A DNA stretch of 49,701 nt from Octopus bimaculoides (GCF_001194135.2 NC_068987.1:102319771-102369471); one strand, 5' to 3'. Shown: positions 36,711 to 49,460, numbered from the stretch's first letter. A program made the numbers and translations. Notes: generated by a model from the letters alone, not told the origin.

Positions 36711-36715
<5 letters not shown>
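35991..36715. mobile_element. Older composite of the same family as 1774-2387: two head-to-head ~235-bp units with eroded hammerheads and extra inverted repeats
   Basis: 36013-36248 aligns with the reverse complement of 36416-36650, and 36301-36380 with the reverse complement of 36634-36715. Motifs GGGAAATAA, CCAGCT, GGGGCTAAAAG and AGTAACAT are shared with the 2164 unit. Confidence 0.75.
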
Positions 36716-36751
<36 letters not shown>

Positions 36752-37731
36752 GACTCACACGTGCGCATAGACACACACACATATATACACACACACTTAC
36801 ATTTTGACAACTTTTCGAACATATGCCAAGTCATCACCCATATCCAAGTCAAATTAAAAGATAAAGGAGACACAGAGAGGAATTCCAGGACAGGACTCCA
36901 CACTAATGCTCATTCAAGTACATTTTGTTTCAGCAGCACTTACAAGTAATTAGAGATAGGTATAGCTTTGTTACAGGTATGGTTAAACATTTTCTTAGTT
37001 TTGTAAATATTTTTCCATTTGTATACTGGCAGAGAAAAGACAGAAAGCACAATAATCTACTGACGACCAAGTTAATTAGTGAAACTGAAATATAGATAGA
37101 TAAACAGTTACAACCATTTACAATCGAAGATCGTTTTAAAAATATTTTCGAGTTTTCTACATCATTGTTTTCCTATATTTGGCACATTCTCAGCAAAACT
37201 ATTCTAATAAGCTTTCTCCATTTTCAAAAAAACTATTCTAATAAGCTTTCTCCATTTTCAAAAATTTACATTAATTGCATTTTAGCTTTCTAAATACTGA
37301 TCCCGAAAACTTAGGGTTACCAACACACATTTTCTATCTAACATTTACGTTATATCTTATGTTGCCTTAGAAAAAAGAAAACGGGAAAATATTGTTAATT
37401 TAAATATATACCAAAGGGACATTGCGTCATTTAACACGAGCAGCTTCTATAATATTTGTAGACAATGTAAAATGCGAAATTCATTATAATTGCCAATATA
37501 GAGTCCATTATTCATATTTATTCGATAATATCTGTATTCAAAATATTTAATTACGAATTAATCACCCTGTAATTACAGTAGATTCACTGCAATAACAATA
37601 CCCTGTCATTATCTAATAATATCCTAAAGATAATCTTGTTTATATCACAATTAGTAAATGGGGTTGGATAGCTCAAGTCGGCACTGGTTGAGATTTATGG
37701 GGAAAGGCCTTCCAAAGTTCACCATTCCAAG

Positions 37732-37784
<53 letters not shown>

Positions 37785-38636
37785 TTGCGTGTGATTGTGT
37801 GTGTGAATGTGTGTGCGTATGTGTGTGTATGGGTATGTGCGTATGTTTGTGAGTGTGTGTGCGTGTGTGTGCGCGTGTGCATTTGTGTGTGTATCGTTTT
37901 ACTTTGCACACCCGAGCGAAAGAGTTGATTTCTTTCTCCTGCAGTGCAAATGAACAAGAAGAAATTCTTCCACTAATTCGTACTTCCGATTGTCTGCAAA
38001 TGAGATATTGGTTTGACATTGAAGCTGTTTGTAGTGATATTTGTTGAGTTTCAAAGTGATTTTCTCGACAGATTCTAGGGGAATGTTAGCAGCATTAACA
38101 AAATATTATGAAGGGACTGGGAAAATAATTAAAAACATTACCCACACATGTAATCATTTTATCATTATATTTTTATATTAGAAAATAAATGATTGGTAAC
38201 GAAGGCAAATCATTTGGATACAATTGGGAAAAAGTAGACTTATTGAAATGTTTTTCGTGGGAAACAGACTTGATTTCAGTGAAATGAGATATATAGAGGA
38301 GAGTGGGGAGTTGTATGTTAACACTTCAAACAAACAAACGCGATTCACTTTTCGGACGACTACGGTCCATGTTAGTGTATATGTTATCATTCATGTGCGT
38401 TAACTACATCATTAGAGCATTTTAGCTCCTATTTCAAGGAATGTAGGTGTAGCCTATCATCCTAGTTGCATTTAGTGACGTTTGTAATTATCGTGTTTGG
38501 TGAAACATTGTAAACTGCTGTCCATAATAATTCTATATAAAAACATTGGTACATCGCTAAAACGTCCAATTATTTGGAGGACGAAAACATAAATACTAAT
38601 GGCGAAGCAAGTCCGAAAAGAGCCGTAGCCGAGGTA

Positions 38637-38689
38637 GCTTGACTGCTGATGCGACGGAAATTGCCGAAACTGATGCGTCAGTATTAAGC
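38637..38689 (+). ncRNA. Degenerate type I hammerhead ribozyme relic
   Basis: GCTTGA CTGCTGA T-GCGA-cggaaa-TTGC-C GAA ACTGA-tgcg-TCAGT A TTAAGC. All three helices form, but the core has A6>C and a U-C mismatch at the base of helix II. Confidence 0.5.
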
Positions 38690-39149
38690 ATTCTCGATGG
38701 GCACTTTTCGGGCTATCACGGTCCCTATTAGTGTATATGTTTTCTTTCAGGTACGTTAACTACTGAATTATATATATATATATATATATATATATNNNNN
38801 NNNNNNNNNNNNNNNNNNNNNNNNNNNNNNNNNNNNNNNNNNNNNNNNNNNNNNNNNNNNNNNNNNNNNNNNNNNNNNNNNNNNNNNNNNNNNNNNNNNN
38901 NNNNNNNNNNNNNNNNNNNNNNNNNNNNNNNNNNNNNNNNNNNNNNNNNNNNNNNNNNNNNNNNNNNNNNNNNNNNNNNNNNNNNNNNNNNNNNNNNNNN
39001 NNNNNNNNNNNNNNNNNNNNNNNNNNNNNNNNNNNNNNNNNNNNNNNNNNNNNNNNNNNNNNNNNNNNNNNNNNNNNNNTGTGTGTGTGTGTGTGTATGT
39101 ATGCGTGTATTACATAAGAAAAATTTCAATGAAATTGACCAAATTTACG

Positions 39150-39576
39150 AAAGACTCCCAGAATTTTGTATTTATTACCAAAACAAGTAGATTTATATAT
39201 CTTACGTCAAACTTTTATTGATAATTTTCAATATGTCTGTATCTCTGCAGACTTCAAACCTCTCCTTAGCGTTGTAAAACACATTTTGAAACATTTCAGG
39301 AGTTAGCACCTGCACTGCTAACTGAATGCATTCTTTAAGCTGAACTAAACAATTGCTCCATTGGTAAGATGGAGGTAAAGAAAATGTTTGCTGCCAAATT
39401 GGAATAAAGCTGTCATGGACAAATAAGAGGGGTCCAACCGGAATGAAAATGAAACTATAAACAAAATTCATAATTTATACACTTTTTACACATATTGAAC
39501 ATGATAAACATAGATAAATTGAGTTTTTAAATGCATCCGATTTCACTCCAATCATCATTAATTCTGGGACACCCTG
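39150..39576 (-). mobile_element. Deleted Tc1/mariner-superfamily element (TIR plus transposase C-terminus)
   Basis: Minus strand begins TA|CAGGGTGTCCCAGAATTAATG (Tc1-like TIR). ORF 39202-39471(-) ends LVQLKECIQLAVQVLTPEMFQNVFYNAKERFEVCRDTD. The left boundary is approximate. Confidence 0.7.
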
Positions 39577-39919
39577 TATTTACTCGTCCGACTAAACATG
39601 GGAGGGAAGCCAGGGGGGGTACTAAATACAGGTGGTGAGCGTAGCTTCCGGAAGTGGTCATGTGGTCGTCAAGCTCAAATGGCTGTGAATCACAACAGTA
39701 GTTTTTTTTTCGTATGAACATTTATATAGTTCAGACATGGATGACATAGAAAGCAGACATGCTACCGGGCCATGCTGCGTTGCGCAGGATTGGAAACGTG
39801 AAACATCAGCAGAGCACTTCTGGAGAATGGATGAATTGGTCTGTTGTACCTTTACCCAACCGCACACACACGCACATGGCCCGGTGGTACGCGGGATGGT
39901 AACATAAAGCATCAACAAG

Positions 39920-40631
39920 GCACCGACAAAAATTCTGATGATCTCATTTCCTGCAGAAAAAAAAGGGTTGAGATTCTAAAGTCATTCATGCTGACATGGT
40001 TGATACATTAGGTGATGACGCTGAAGCTTTATCGCCAGTGCAAACTTGGACAGCTGGATTTAAGAGAAGAAAGGAGAGTCTAGAAGAAAGCTTTGTCAAC
40101 ATTGGCCAATGTCGTTTCATCTGCCAGGAAGGTGATGGCTTCAGATTTTTAGGATGCAAAAGACATTGTGTTTATTGACTATCTTTACAAAGGTCAACCA
40201 TCAATGGAGAGTACTATCCCAATGCACTGAGGCAATTACGGAAGGCTATCAAAACTAAACATCTAGGAAAACTGACAAAAGGGCTTTGCTTCACCAAGAC
40301 AATGCTATAGCGCAAGTCCTTGTTTTCAATGGCTGTTGTGTGTGACTCTGGCATTGAAATTGTCCATCAGTTCTCCTTAATCTCTTGATATGTCCCCATC
40401 TGGCTCTTATCTGTACTGCAACATGAAACAAAAATTGACTGAAAATTTTTATTTGCTGCGAGGATGACGTCATCCAACACGATGAAAGCTTCATCACCAA
40501 TGGGGTACAAGCACTGCAACACCGATGGAAGAAGTGTCTGGACCGCAAGGTGGACTATGTCCAAAAAGAAACTTCATTTTGTCACATTGTATTTGAACTT
40601 TTCAGTCTGTGAAGTTTTTAGGCGATCCTTG
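39920..40631 (+). mobile_element. Internally deleted mariner transposase pseudogene
   Basis: KGLDSKVIHADMVDTLGDDA...WTAGFKRRKESLEE; RKVMASDF*DAKDIVFIDYL; TINGEYY; HQDNA; ALQHRWKKCLDRKVDYV. TIR-like 3' end ...GGCGATCCTTG|TA. Confidence 0.88.
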
Positions 40632-41785
40632 TATATACTTGATTTAAACAGTGAAGTATGCCGTTGGATGATGAGAAAATTACAAGATACCATGAACTGT
40701 TTTAACACGACTCATATTTCCTTACATACCTTCTTTCCAAATACTTTCTCTTAGTAGGGAATATCCTAATACACCAAGGGAGTCAGACATTACAGAGAAA
40801 AATTAGATGTAAATTAGATTCGTTCAGCAATCATAATTGCTTCGTTTGCTCTACAGGAACGCTTACTAATCTTCAATCTTTCCTGAAGAATATAGAATGA
40901 AGAAAGTAGACGCTTATCTTCGATTATTAAACAAATTAGATAAAATAACCACAGAAGTCAGAGGAAGCTAACCCGCTAGAAATCCCAGTCCTTATTGCAT
41001 CCACTGGAACTGTGCAAGCTATGGATTTGAACACGTGCACACAAGACAAAAACGTTCTATTTTAGTCACACAATTACTTGGGATTTTGTTATTAAAGTAG
41101 ATATTCGTTTCCAAATTTCTTTCCATTATTCCACGAATAATCTTCAGCTTTTAACGCGTCTTACTAATGTCTCTTCGATGATGTAGAGAAACAACAATTG
41201 CAATATCGTTTCAGCTCTATCGGAAGCAATCAGTGTGGAGTCTGTATCTTGACTTCAGCCTGTTTGAAATTCTCTAAACATGAGGGGAATAATTCATGTA
41301 TATGGTCAGTGAACTGCTAATCTAAGGGTTTCATTTTTTGGCATTTAATCTTTTCGTTTTATATGTTTATACTATTATCACACTTCTGAAGGATAATATA
41401 TATTACAAGAAGAATATTGTCTTGCGTACTAACAACATATCTTTTTAAAACACTTCACTTGTTTATCAAAGTGACTTAACCTAAAGCATCGCTGTCATTT
41501 TCATAAAACGAATCGTGCTTTTCAAAGAATTTATTCATAATAACTTTAAATCTATTGTCAAACTTTCTATATTGGAGATAATATGGCATTATTTAATTTT
41601 CTTTGGAAGCTTATATTTCTTATCAGTTGATATTAAACAATTATATACCTACTTTGTCAAGTTAGGATGTATCATTATATACAGATACAACCTCGTGTAT
41701 ACAACTACATATAAAAATACATACACACATTTTTATGCATGTGTGTATCTATCTGTCTTACAATAATTCTATATATATTTTTATA

Positions 41786-41826
<41 letters not shown>

Positions 41827-42278
41827 NNNNNNNNNNNNNNNNNNNNNNNNNNNNNNNNNNNNNNNNNNNNNNNNNNNNNNNNNNNNNNNNNNNNNNNNNN
41901 NNNNNNNNNNNNNNNNNNNNNNNNNNNNNNNNNNNNNNNNNNNNNNNNNNNNNNNNNNNNNNNNNNNNNNNNNNNNNNNNNNNNNNNNNNNNNNNNNNNN
42001 NNNNNNNNNNNNNNNNNNNNNNNNNNNNNNNNNNNNNNNNNNNNNNNNNNNNNNNNNNNNNNNNNNNNNNNNNNNNNNNNNNNNNNNNNNNNNNNNNNNN
42101 NNNNNNNNNNNNNNNNNNNNNNNNNNNNNNNNNNNNNNNNNNNNNNNNNNNNNNNNNNNNNNNNNNNNNNNNNNNNNNNNNNNNNNNNNNNNNNNNNNNN
42201 NNNNNNNNNNNNNNNNNNNNNNNNNNNNNNNNNNNNNNNNNNNNNNNNNNNNNNNNNNNNNNNNNNNNNNNNNNNNNN

Positions 42279-42341
<63 letters not shown>

Positions 42342-43369
42342 CACATATACATTTCGTGAATGAGTTGAGGAGAGCATTCGAATCCATCATAAAGTCCTTT
42401 CGGCATTATAACACGGTGTAATGTAAAAAAGTATTCGTACATTTTCAAGGATAATCTAAGCGTCTATATGTGCAATAAATGCCTCTAAATGTAGGTTTCA
42501 ATTAAAGATGGTTTCTCTGTCGGTCCGGCTGGTCGTGCGGGAGTGTATTAATTATTTGTTCATTCAGTTCAGTCAGTCTGCTGCTGTGGATTGGTATTTC
42601 TCATCGGTCAGAATACGCTGACAGAAAAAGATATTCCCTCCAAGAATTGAACTCAGACTCAAGAGTTTCGGAACAGAGAGTGCATAGCAATATCTCCACC
42701 GTTCTAACTTAAAACCCGTATAAATAGTGTTAAAAGAAGACAGTAATTCTTTGCAATATATTCATTAAATTCTTTTTTGCAACGGAAGGAAAATTAAGCT
42801 TAGCACTTTATTTTTGATAAACTTAAAATTTTCCTGTGTGGAGAGTGGAAGTACTAATAGTGGTGTAAAAGAAAGGACGAAGGGATTTACTCAAAATCTA
42901 TGGTTAGTACAAGAATTTTTTTCTTGGAATAATCATATTTCGATTGAACGAATGCAGCGGTTGGTAAACTACTTAATTAAAACTTCAGTGAATAAAACCC
43001 TGACACCTGCGATGTGTAAGGCAAATGTTTTTCACTTTGATACTTATTGATGTACGCGTACATCAATTGTGAATTTTAAAAAATATATGATAGTAAGATA
43101 TTCTTAAACATCAATAAAAATTGGGTCAGATTTATCACTGTAATATATTCATATTGTGGGGTAACTATAATAAGAACAACCTTTTGATATTTGTTATTTC
43201 GTCGAAATTTTTCGAACATACACAAGCACAGACTTATAAATGTGAGGGCTTCTGTATTTACTCGTTATAAAAAAGGGGGTCAAATCTCCTTCAAATTAGC
43301 GAGAAAGACACACTGCAATTATGTGAAAGGAACATTGACGTCACATAATAGCCTAACCCGTATATGACA

Positions 43370-43589
43370 ACATCATCAACAATAATAATAATAAAAACGA
43401 TGATGATCATGATCATGATTGTAGTTGTGATGATGAATATGATAATAATCTTGATGTTGTGGAGGAGGAGAAGGAGGGAGGGGGCGGGGAGGATGAGGAA
43501 GCAGAGTAGGTGGAGAAGAAGAAGAAGAAGAAGAAGAAGAAGAAGAAGAAGAAGAAGAAGAAGAAGAAGAAGAAGAAGAAGAAGAAGAA
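43370..43589. repeat. Compound trinucleotide repeat (AAT)/(GAT)/(GAG)/(AAG)n
   Basis: Direct reading. Confidence 0.9.
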
Positions 43590-44680
43590 TCATGTATTAT
43601 GCGAGATTCCAAAGAAAGATGGACTTGAGGTCACTTGCTGTCGCAAAATCTTCAATATAACGTCGTTGACCATAATACAACCATTTGCCTGCAATTTGGA
43701 TAATTCTAATAAAATTCCTAACTTCTGGTTGAAGGCCTTCCCAGAAAACCATGAACTGTTAACAGAACTTTACAACAATGTTTTGTGACAACCTAGTAGG
43801 ATTCCCTCTTGGCTAGTTAATAGTGTAACATTCCTACTTCCAAAAAATACCAGAAGCAAATGGACCAAAAAATTATAGACCCATAACCTGCTTAACAATA
43901 AAGTATAAAAACGCTAACATCTGCTTTGACTGAATATACCTATATTTTTTTTAAAAAATAGAAAATAGTATATTTCCTAATGAGCAATAAAGATGTAGGA
44001 TGTAAGCGTGGGTTCTATGATTGTAAAGATCAGCTACTCATCAATGAGATGATCTTGAAAGATTGCTACACAAGACACAAAAACTTGTCAATAGCCTCGA
44101 CCGACTATTAAAAAAAGCTTTTGATAGTCTACCTCATAGCTGGATTAAGTAATGGCTGGAAATTTATGAAATAGCACCTACACTGCGAAACGTTTTGTCT
44201 GTAAATATGAGACCATGGGGAACCACACTGACTTTGAACAGTGACGATGAATCTCTTATTGCTGGAGATGTATCAATTTCATGTGGCATTTCCAGGGTGA
44301 CTTTCTAGCATCACTCCTCTTTTGTCTAGCCTTAGTACCTCTCTCGAAATTGTTCAATGATTTACAGTACAGTTATAAAATCTTTGATAAGAATATAAAT
44401 CATTTCATTTACATGGATGATTTAAAGCTCATTGCAAAAAATGACCAACAACTACAGGGATTACTAGCGATTGTTAAACAATTCAGTGCATTAAATTGCA
44501 TCAGGATGCAATTTGACTTTGATAAATGTGCAAAAGCTCCCTTTATCAAAGGAGAAATGAAAGAAACATCTAACGTCAAACTTGACCAGTAGAATGTCAT
44601 AAAGGAGTTAGAACCAGCGGAGAGCTACGAATACCTAGGGGTATTTGAAGGGGACGGAATCAAACATTCAGAGAAAATCA
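43590..44680 (+). mobile_element. R4/Dong LINE copy A (RT N-terminal half, pseudogenised, 3' part missing)
   Basis: KIPNFWLK...IPSWLV...TFLLPK, (N)YRPITCL, CKDQLLINEMI, KAFDSLPHSWI, FQGDFLASLLFCLALVPL, YMDDLKL, YEYLG. Confidence 0.9.
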
Positions 44681-46395
44681 TCTTTCCTGTAACAACCAGA
44701 ACTTACCCGTCGTAACAATCAAAAGAGGTATCTTCCAAGGACACTCTTGTTCCCCTCTGTTATTTGTTATAGCCTCGATCCCACTTTCCGTAGTCCTACG
44801 TAAAATCACCGTGCACTATGAGCTGAGAAAGAACAGACCTTGTCACACCCACCTTTTCTTCATGGATGATTTAAAACTGTTTGCGAAAAGAGAACAGGAA
44901 ATGGAGAGGCTGGTTGAGACTGAGAAAATGTGAAGCAAGGATATAGGGAAAGAATTCGGTGCCTCGAAGTATGCAGTGCTTACTTTGAAGCGGAGTAAAA
45001 GAGTAAATGGTAGGGACATAGAATTGCCAAACGAAGAATGAATGGAAGACCCGGATGATAAAAAGTACAAGTATTTTCGGATCCTGAAGCTGGACAATAT
45101 GTTGAACTGAGAAATGAAAGATAATGTCATTGCATCATATTTCAAGCGCGTCAAACTTCTCTTGAAATCAAAGCTCAACTCAAGGTACTTTGTGACAGTC
45201 ATCAGTCTGGGGCTGTTGGTGTCATCCGCTATTGTGCACCTCTCCTGAAATGGACACAAGCAGAGATTGGCAAACTCGATCGCACTACCCGAAAAACTGT
45301 GACAATGCGAGGTGCCCTCCACCCTAAGGCAAATATACAAAGGCTCAATATGAAGAGAGGTAAGGGTGGACGTTGGCTGCTTAGCGTACGGGAGTGCATC
45401 GACAGTGAAAGAAGAAACATGGAAAAATATTTGGTAAACAGCAAAGAAGACTTGCAACAGCATGCTGCAAGTGTAGAAAGAGTAAACAAAAATGGACTTC
45501 AGAATGTTCATGAATTCCGAACAAGTACAGCAAACGAGAAAGAAGAAACCCTACTCCGTATGGAATTACATGGTCAGTTCTACTGTGAAACCAACAAACT
45601 AAAATACCATGGAGCATCATGGAGGTGGCTCCAGAAGGGTGACCTAAAAAAGAATACGCAAAACCTAGTCATCGCGGCCAAAACCAGGCATTAAATACCA
45701 ACTCAGTGAAAAACAATATATACCATTCAAGTGCATTGTACCTCTGCCGAATGTGTAGGAAGAGGGTCGAAAGTGTGACTCACATTGTTAGTGCTAGTGA
45801 AAGTCTTGCGCAAAAAGAGTACAAGCTTAGACAAGACAAAGTAGCCCTAAACCTTTACTGGCTACTACGCCGTAAGTATGGATATGAGGTTACGGGTGCT
45901 TGGTGTTAACATACACTGGATAAGGTAATGGACGAACAGGGGAAGGCAAAAATCTTCGGGGACCTTGATTTCCAGACAGACAGACAGAAGGCCGGATATA
46001 GTAACCTTTAGGAAGGACAAACAAGAGTGTCTAATAATCGACGTAGCAGTGCCAGGAGATCAACATACTATGAAAGGAAAATTTGATAAATATGGAGACC
46101 TGAGAATTGAGCTCGCTAAAATGTGGCAGCTCCGAGAGTCGAACATAAAGGTCACCTCTATTATTATCTGAGTATTAGGTTCAATACCACCTAGTCTGTA
46201 AAAACATCTGAAAACCTTAGAGATACCCTACAATCTAGATGTATTGCAAAAGTTGGCGTTAGTTGGAACTGCACGCATATTGCGTAAATTACTGTCTGTC
46301 TGAGGTCCTTGTTGTGACTTGACAAACAGTACAAACATCCGGCAGATATATCTTCAATCAACAACTTCACGATATTGTATAGTGTGCGACGATTG
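44681..46395 (+). mobile_element. R4/Dong LINE copy B (RT, thumb, zinc knuckle, restriction-like endonuclease, 3' UTR)
   Basis: IKRGIFQGHSCSPLLFVI, FMDDLKLF, HPKANIQRLNMKRGKGGRWL, CRMCRKRVESVTHIVS, RPDIVTFRKDKQECLIIDVAVPGD...KFDKY; stop at 46301-46303. Confidence 0.92.
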
Positions 46396-46417
46396 TAATA
46401 ACAACAACAACAACAAC

Positions 46418-46464
<47 letters not shown>
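46396..46464. repeat. (AAC)n/(AAT)n tract between LINE copies B and C
   Basis: Direct reading. Confidence 0.95.
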
Positions 46465-46468
<4 letters not shown>

Positions 46469-46739
46469 AACACCAGGACTTACAAAAATATATATAACAT
46501 ACAGAAAATTGCACTACTGAGTACTGCACACATTCTACGCAAAACACTTTCAATACAGTAAACATAAGAACACCACAGCAAACCACATCACATACCCAAG
46601 GCGCACAGAGCTGCGCTCGGTAGTGAAGTGAAAACACGTTATAAGAATAAANNNNNNNNNNCACATCACATACCCAAGGCGCACAGAGCTGCGCTCGGTA
46701 GTGAAGTGAAAGCACGTTATAAGAATAAAACTACTGAAC

Positions 46740-46740
<1 letters not shown>
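46465..46740 (+). mobile_element. R4/Dong LINE copy C (very short 5'-truncated 3' end)
   Basis: IYNIQKIALLSTAHILRKTLSIQ* followed by a 3' UTR; same subfamily as 13214-13341. Confidence 0.88.

Positions 46741-46814
<74 letters not shown>
46741..46814. repeat. (AAT)n tract between LINE copies C and D
   Basis: Direct reading. Confidence 0.95.
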
Positions 46815-46815
<1 letters not shown>

Positions 46816-48450
46816 GGATTGATAAATATGCTAAGGCCACTTTGCAAAAAGGGAAATTGAAGACCTCACATTCAATGGTATTGGATGCTGACACAGTCAT
46901 AAAAGAACTCGAGCAGGAACAAACTTACAAATACCTCGTAATAAATGAAGTCTCTGGCATTCAGCAAGGAAGCATGAAAGAGAAAATCAGGAAGAAGTGT
47001 TACAGGAGAGTTCGAGCAGTCCTAAAATCCGAGTTAAATAGACGTAACAAGGTATTAGCTATACATTCCTTAGCAGATCCGGTCGTTAATTACTGTTTCA
47101 ATGCGTTGAACTGGAATATGAGCGAAATAAGGAAGATTGAAAGGAAAATCGGTAAGTTGCTGATTTGCAATAAGATGCATTGCATAAAGGCAGACGCAGA
47201 TCGTCTTAACCTACCCAGAGCTCAAGGAGGTCGAGGCTTGATCCAATTTTAAATCTCATACAAAATCACCACAATTGGACTGGCTAATTATCTAGGAAGA
47301 TCTAATGACTGGATGCTAAAGCTCGTTGAAAACCATGAAATACGTAAGAAGCTCCATCGTGTAATGAAGAAGGGCAAACAATTTTCAAGTGGTTTTATGC
47401 ATAATACCCAAGTTGAACAGCATGTTGGAAATGAAGCAACCGTAGTTGTAAAGGTGAAATCAATAGCAAAGCAAACTGCGTTTGAGCATTTGGCTGATAG
47501 GTGGGAACAAAAACCTCTGCATGGTAAATATGTGTTCCGTAGCAAACAAGCTGATGTAGACCATGTACGCCCACCAGTGGTTAAGGAGCTTAGGGCTAAA
47601 GGCAGAGCGTGAGGGCTTTATCCTGGCTGTCAAATATCAGAGTTTATTCACCCGGAACTATCAAGACAATGTGATAAAAAATGGTGTCGACCCAAAGTGC
47701 TGCTACTGCAAGGATGGGATAGAAACAGTGGACCACCTAATCTCTGGGTGTAAGGTTTTAGCACTCACCTGTGGAGTACAAATCAGGACATGACAGAGTT
47801 TGTCAATATCTACTTTGGATAATGTCTCGACATTATAAAATCAAAACTGCTGACAAATTATACAAGCACCACTCCGAGGCTGTAACTGAGAGAGAAAATG
47901 TAACTAACGGGATATCAAAGAAAATATTGCTGTGAAAGATCAAAACAATAAAGTCTGTTTATTGATTGACATGCGCATACCCTGTGACAATAATATCTCG
48001 GCAAAAGAATTTGATACAATCAGAAATTATAAAGATTTGCTAATCGAAATTGAAAGGATGTGGCATCCCAAGACAGTTACAACACCAGTGATTGTAAAAC
48101 ACTTGGGATGATCAAAGAAGGAAGTGAAAATTATTTAAGAATGATCCGTGGCTTACCATCCATGCAGGAAATGCAAAAGATTGTCTTAACTGGTATGTCA
48201 CACGTATTGAGAAGAACATTGTCGCTGTGAATTTTCTTTCCTTTTTCCCTACATTATTTTGTTTAATTTTAATTTTTTATTTGTATACTTCTTCTGTCTC
48301 TCTCTTCTCCTTTTTCTCTATCACATGACTTTGTAAATGAACAATCTGGCGTGCTTATTTTAATGGCCTACCGATGTATACTGTAAATTTCTCTGCCTTA
48401 GGTGTCAGGAAGACGCTCGGCAAGAAATGGAAACAGAGTTGAAAGGAAAT
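46815..48450 (+). mobile_element. R4/Dong LINE copy D (thumb to endonuclease and 3' UTR)
   Basis: QTYKYL, LKSELNRRNKVLAI, ADADRLNLPRAQGGRGL, KPLHGKY, QWLRSLGLKAE, CCYCKDGIETVDHLISGC, LLIDMRIP; HVLRRTLSL* at about 48230. Confidence 0.92.
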
Positions 48451-48459
48451 AGATGAAGA

Positions 48460-49460
48460 ACCTAAAACTACTGCCAGAAAAGAAGCAAAACAGATCAAGC
48501 AGACTGAAAACAAAAACGGGCAGGAACAAATTCAGGAGGGTGGAACCCAATGTCTCTGCATGGACAGTATATATTTCGAAGTCAAAATGCTAATGTAGGC
48601 CAAGCAGCCACGCATCAATGGCTGAGAAGTTCAGGACTGAAAGCAGAGGCTGTAGGTTTTATACGACAGCACAAGATCAAAGGTTGCTTACAAAAAAACT
48701 ACCAGGCTAAAGTTCTTCAAAACAGTTCCAACCCTAAATGCAGACTCTGCGACACATTTGACGAAACAATAGACCATCTCATCTCGGGTTGTCCTGTGTT
48801 GAGACCAAACGAATACAAAAATTGCCGCGATAGAGTAGGACAGTATTTTCCTTGGAAAATACGTAAACACTACAAAATCAGCACTCCTGTTCACTGGTAT
48901 GAATATTATACTAAGCCAGTCGTTGAAGGTAAAAATGTCACATTCCTTTGGGATTTTCCAGACAACAGTGACAGAACGAGCGATAGTAATCGACCAGACA
49001 TAATTATTAAAGACAGGGAAGAAAATACTTCTACACCAATAGATGTAAATGTTCCCATGGATAAAAATATATCTATAAAGGAATTTAACAAATTAATTAA
49101 ATATAAGGTCCTGGAAATTGAAATACAAAAGATGTGATGCCTTAAAGCGATAACTGTTCCTGTTGTTGTAGGTGCCCTAGGTATGATAAAAACAAAGTAT
49201 GTCAGAAACATCTAGATTAGATCCCAGAACCATGTTTCGGCGAAGTCCAAAGGATTGTCCTGAAAAGCACCGCCCACATCCTTAGAAAAATCGTATCTAT
49301 TTGAATATCTGTATTGCATTACACGAAGATGTTCCGCTACTGCTCCTTTCACTTTCCCTTCCCGGGCTTTCAGTCATATTGTAACATCTCTTATCCTTCA
49401 CTCGCAGAAGGACGCTGCGTGTATCTTGACATGTGATTGTAACAAACATGCACATAAAAA

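Larger units (their letters stand above)
8886..46661. other. Twelve assembly gaps (N runs), approximately 8886-9043, 10337-10918, 13342-13351, 19219-19965, 22310-22360, 23517-23615, 24551-25265, 25818-25827, 35078-35298, 38796-39079, 41827-42278, 46652-46661
   Basis: N runs; most abut (TA)n, (CA)n or (CT)n tracts, and two lie inside the same LINE subfamily. Confidence 0.95.

Noticed and set aside
37059-37120. CTGACGA...GAAACTG...CAGTT hammerhead-like string
   Set aside because: Helix II has no closing pair and helix I does not form.
8698-42448. Long ORFs containing X runs, and HT/CV/YI dipeptide-repeat ORFs
   Set aside because: They are open only because of N gaps or (CA)n/(TA)n repeats.
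40465-43343. Further TGACGTCA (CRE) sites at 40465 and 43336
   Set aside because: One lies inside a mariner relic, and neither has promoter context.
46585-46728. ~65-bp direct duplication either side of the 10-N gap
   Set aside because: Typical unmerged contig overlap in a repeat; most likely an assembly artefact.
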